DNA of 62,269 nt, filler included, from Gonapodya sp. JEL0774 (Eukaryota): the NCBI GenBank assembly GCA_027604505.1. It is 26 parts of 26 records of this genome, joined end to end, with 100 filler letters (N's around TTAATTAATTAA, not from the genome) between each part and the next. Parts side by side here need not be neighbours in the genome. Positions count along the whole stretch, not along the records: positions 57,599 to 59,885 come from JADIIX010002057.1; positions 59,986 to 62,269 come from JADIIX010002058.1; 24 more parts are not named here. One strand, given 5' to 3'. Below are positions 58,354 to 62,269 of the stretch, one piece after another. A program made the translations under genes and the position numbers. Every line of letters begins with the position of its first letter. The first letter of the stretch is position 1. The notes beneath the pieces are model-generated. The model was not told the origin of the DNA, searched no databases, and was given only the letters and a program-made list of their open reading frames with translations.

Positions 58354-59697
58354 GATCGCCGACCCAAAACTTCACCCGTCCGACCTCCAAAACGTGTTCC
58401 TCGTGCCACCTTGGATCCCTCCCCTTCTGCCAGACCCCCTCCCAGAACCCCATTTCATTCCTTTAATCCCTGTTCCGGTATCAATCCTCCCGACTTACCC
58501 TGCTCCGATACCCGCGTCCGTACTGGTACCGGGACCACCTGTACTGCATCCGGATGTGGCGGAAACGCGGGAGGTGCCAGCGTGTCCTCAGTGCGGAAAA
58601 ACTTTTGGGCGGTGGGCAGAGGTGAATCGGCATGAGAAGGTGGGTCCCCAATGGTTGTGTTCGTGTGTGTTACTCTAATTCCTCGGCACGGGATAGATCC
58701 ACCGGAACGAGAAGCTCTTTGTATGCGATTTCCGAGTGTAGTATATTTTCCCGAATGACATTGCAAGAAGCAAGTTCTCAACATACTTTTCGTATGCGTT
58801 TTTCTCTAGGAGCGGTGCCAATGGATTGGAAACCGTGTGTGGGAAGAGGTACGCTACCGGCGATCCCCATTGGCAGTGTAGTAGATCACCCATTTGCTCA
58901 TGGTTCTATTGTGATTCTTGTGCGGAGATTCATCCAAGTATGTCAGGCTCTTCTGTGAGCCAAACAGGATCTGAGCACTACAACTAACCGATCTCAATCA
59001 CACACTCTTTTCTAGCGGCATGCCCTCACCATCCACAAACGAGCGCATTTGGGAGAGTGGGTTCGACACCTCGACCCCAGTCACACTCTCTTTTGAATGA
59101 AAGTGGACTCAACTTCTTGATCTCTGTTATTCATTACCACATCGTACAGAAAGCCCTTCGCATGTCCCGATTGTCCAAAGCGGTTTGTGGAGTCATCGGC
59201 AGTATGTATGAGTGTGCGCTTGATTTCGAAGAGTACCGTAATTTTGCGTGGACATATGGAAGAAGAACTGACCCTTTTCACATCATTGACCGACAAAACA
59301 GCTGGCGCGACACAGAGTTACTCACACTGGAGAGCGGCGTTTTAAGTGCAATGAGTGTGAAAAACGTGAGTGGGGAGAACTTCGTGGTTTGCTTGACACA
59401 AGGAGTGAAGGCTTTGTGATATGGCCCTGACTTGATCACGTCTCCGCGATCTCAGATTTCAGCCGTAATCACTCCTTACGCCGGCACCAAGAAGGGCATG
59501 CTGCGGATGCTATCATTGCGGCGATGCATACAACTGCGAAAGCTGATCAGAGGGTCGAGTTAGTGGAGGCTGCGGGTAGCGGAAACGAATTCGTGAGCAG
59601 TGTGGGAGATCGAGTCAGGTCAAGCAATGAATGGAGGGCTGATAACGAGCAGATGGTTCAGCATGTCGACATGTGGAGAGGTGGGGATCATGAGTGA
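58354..59697 (+). CDS. C2H2 zinc-finger protein with about four fingers over many short exons (start not determined)
   Basis: CPQCGKTFGRWAEVNRHEK|IH; HKRAHLGE|KPFACPDCPKRFVESSA|LARHRVTHTGERRFKCNECEK|HFSRNHSLRRHQEGH. Confidence 0.85.
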
Positions 59698-59985
59698 GGC
59701 TGCATGAAAGGGATCAAACCTAGCGGGGTGTGATGAGATTGACCAGGATCATAGGCATAGGTCATCTGGGATGAACAAAGTGCGATAGACCGCTTCGGAA
59801 AAATTGAATACAAGAACATGTTTGTGAAACGTGGAAATACATGCGGCGACATCTTTGTCAGAGTGCGCAGGATCGATCATGATTGNNNNNNNNNNNNNNN
59901 NNNNNNNNNNNNNNNNNNNNNNNNNNNNNTTAATTAATTAANNNNNNNNNNNNNNNNNNNNNNNNNNNNNNNNNNNNNNNNNNNN

Positions 59986-60861
59986 GAATCCACAGGGCCA
60001 CAACCACCCGCTCCACCTTATTCATTGAACGTTGCCAGCGGGTATGATTCTTCGATTCAGTCACACGCTCTCTCAACTCAGTACACGAGCACGATGTCAA
60101 CCGCAGTAAGTTGGAGTTGTAGTCTTTCGGTGATTCAATTGATGAGCTTACAGTGGATCACGTGACAGTTTCTCCAGCCCGCGAAAGAGCCAGAGCACTG
60201 GCTTTTCACCACACTGGCTGGATCTCAAGGAGCTGCAGCTTCTTCGAGTGTTCCATACATCGGCCCGGAAGTGGAAGCCATTATGGAAGTGAGTTCCAAC
60301 GTATTCATACTTCGTTTACCACAACCCGCACTCAATTTTCACATTTGGGTTCTTTTTTGTTCAGTACATACCCAGAAATGCGGATGAATTGGCGCTCTCC
60401 CCTGGGCAGATGGTGCAGCTCCGAGATGTGTACAGGGACGGATGGGCGACTGGGGTGAACAGGTACGCTCAATATATTCCATTTTCAGATATATGATTCG
60501 ACCGACTTAGTAAACTACTCGTTCCATATTGTTTGGCAGAGCGACGTCAGCCTTTGGAATGATCCCGATTGATACTCTGGACCTAGCCAGTCTTGCATCC
60601 TCTCTTCGAGTGCCAGTGTCGAGTTTTGGTACATCCAGCTCGACAATGAAATCGCTCTCCTCTGGTTCCGGGTCGTGGCCTGCGAGTAACTCAGCGGTGT
60701 ACCCTGGATCGTCCTCCAGTATCACTCCTCTTGTCCGGTCATTCGATATATCTCCTCGGTCCGCTGGCGACCACAGTGGGCCAAACGGGACCTTCAATTC
60801 ATCTGCACAAATGGCAACCATGGGGTCCACGTCAACAACGCGATCACCTGGGTCAGAGTAA
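59986..60861 (+). CDS. C-terminal SH3-domain protein (5' truncated)
   Basis: YIPRNADELALSPGQMVQLRDVYRDGWATGVN|RATSAFGMIPIDTL, then a Ser-rich tail. Confidence 0.7.
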
Positions 60862-61100
60862 GATTCGCACCGCTGACAAGTACACAGTCTTTGTTATCAA
60901 TTTTGCTCGGGCGAGATACCCCTTTCTGTTAATATGTATGGCAAGCATTCTGGCGAAAATGATATGTTTTAGCAGTTCGTTTATGCGAATGACTGAGGTT
61001 ACAGTAAACGAAACGTAAATAGGGGATGAGAACTGCGGAAGCAGATTGTATATCCGTTGAGAGCCCTCCCATCCACACCATCTCCACCATCTTCTCCTAA

Positions 61101-62269
61101 ATGGCGCTACCTACAACCATCAAGCTGAGCACAGGGGCAGAAATGCCCACTTTCGGGCTCGGAACATGTTCGTAGTGACGACGGTCAACTCAACCTCGGG
61201 GAGTTCCCCCCGTTACTGACACGGTTCTGGAACCGGCATAGGGCTCGCCGCACCGGGAGTTGTCGAAGAAGCTGTTAAAGTGGCGATCGAGGCCGGATAC
61301 AGGCACATCGAGTATGTTTTCATTCATTCAAGTGTTCACGACATCACCACCTGAGGACTTGATTCCCCTCACGATAGCGGCGCCCATGCTTACAGAAATG
61401 AAGCGGAAATTGGTGCCGCTCTTCAATCTCTCTTCGATAGGGGTGTCGTTCGTCGGGAGGATGTGTTCTACACCTCAAAGTTGTACAACACTTTCCATAG
61501 AGCGGATCTGGTGAAGAAAGCGTGCAAACACACCTTGAATGTCATGGGACTGGACTACTTGGATCTGTATCTGTGAGCACTGTAATGAACGAGGTACTCG
61601 ATTTCAGAATAACTGGTGTTCCTCGTTGTTGCAGAGTCCATTGGCCGATCAGCTTCCAACCTCAAGACGATCTGTCCATTTTGCTTCCCCGTGGAGAGGA
61701 CGGCAATGTGATTGTCGACCACAGTATCAAGATTGAGGATTACTGGCCAGCGATGGAGGTATGCGAAGCTCCTTCACGCCGAAACACTGAACTGAAATAA
61801 TGGCGGCCCAAACAACATAGGACCTTTACACATCGGGTTTAGTACGCGCCATTGGGGTGTCAAACTTCTCTATCGTGCAGATCCAACACCTCCTCACATT
61901 CTGCAAAGTCCGGCCAGTAGTGAACCAGATTGAAATGCATCCATACCTTCCACAGACCGAGCTGATTGAGTACTGCAAGACAGAGGGGATTGTATGTACT
62001 GCATACACGCCATTTGGAAGGGTTGAGGAGCCGAAGCTGATGGAAGATCCTGTGGTACGTATGCTCACTCCTCAGTTCTCACATTGTCGAATCACCATTT
62101 GTGACCTCGTACTGTAGATCACTGATGTTGCTTTGCGCAACAAAGTCTCTCCAGCGCAAGTCCTGGTGAGCTGGGCAATTCAGCGAGGAACAGTCGTGAT
62201 TCCAAAGTCTGCATCACCAGACCGCATTCGGGTATGTATTCTCAGGAAACTCTGTCAATTCCACAGTGA
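61101..62269 (+). CDS. Aldo-keto reductase (3' truncated)
   Basis: [70 protein letters not shown]. Confidence 0.95.

Noticed and set aside
2314..59985. TTAATTAATTAA recurring about every 2.4 kb, superficially like a regular repeat array
   Set aside because: Always embedded in N-runs of fixed length; it is an artificial six-frame-stop linker between length-sorted contigs.
1..62269. rRNA, tRNA or CRISPR arrays
   Set aside because: None recognised by eye; a covariance-model scan would be needed to exclude small ncRNAs.

Overview
This window is not one locus. It is 26 short contigs (about 2.28-2.31 kb, in decreasing length order) joined by 25 artificial 100-nt spacers of N's around TTAATTAATTAA, so adjacency across spacers means nothing. 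The DNA is eukaryotic, with many short GT-AG introns, and fungal: it holds a division-2 chitin synthase, ARPC1, RPT5, an NDR kinase, a PAQR and a DAL5-like MFS permease. Hevein domains, a DHCR24-like reductase, MCMDC2, CE8 pectinesterase and GH7 point to an early-diverging zoosporic fungus, possibly Monoblepharidomycetes (inference). Most genes are cut by contig edges. Most notable: (1) an IS630/Tc1-type transposase with 43-residue D-E spacing and a C-terminal GATA-like C4 finger, head-to-head with a stand-alone paralog of its own HTH domain and next to a piggyBac-like end; (2) a repeated Cys/Trp module on a compact GH7 cellulase, a candidate new carbohydrate-binding module; (3) two single-pass surface proteins, one with two hevein domains and one with extensin-like PPPPVYY repeats; (4) an intronless F-box family with an IPGC-x-G signature, seen four times including a pseudogene; (5) bacterial-type genes adapted to the fungus (intron-containing beta-class GSTs, a glyoxalase-like protein ending in SKL, a YtcJ-like amidohydrolase); (6) nested copia elements and sharply bounded CpG-depleted tracts. 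All family calls come from manual motif recognition and splicing; no database searches were run.
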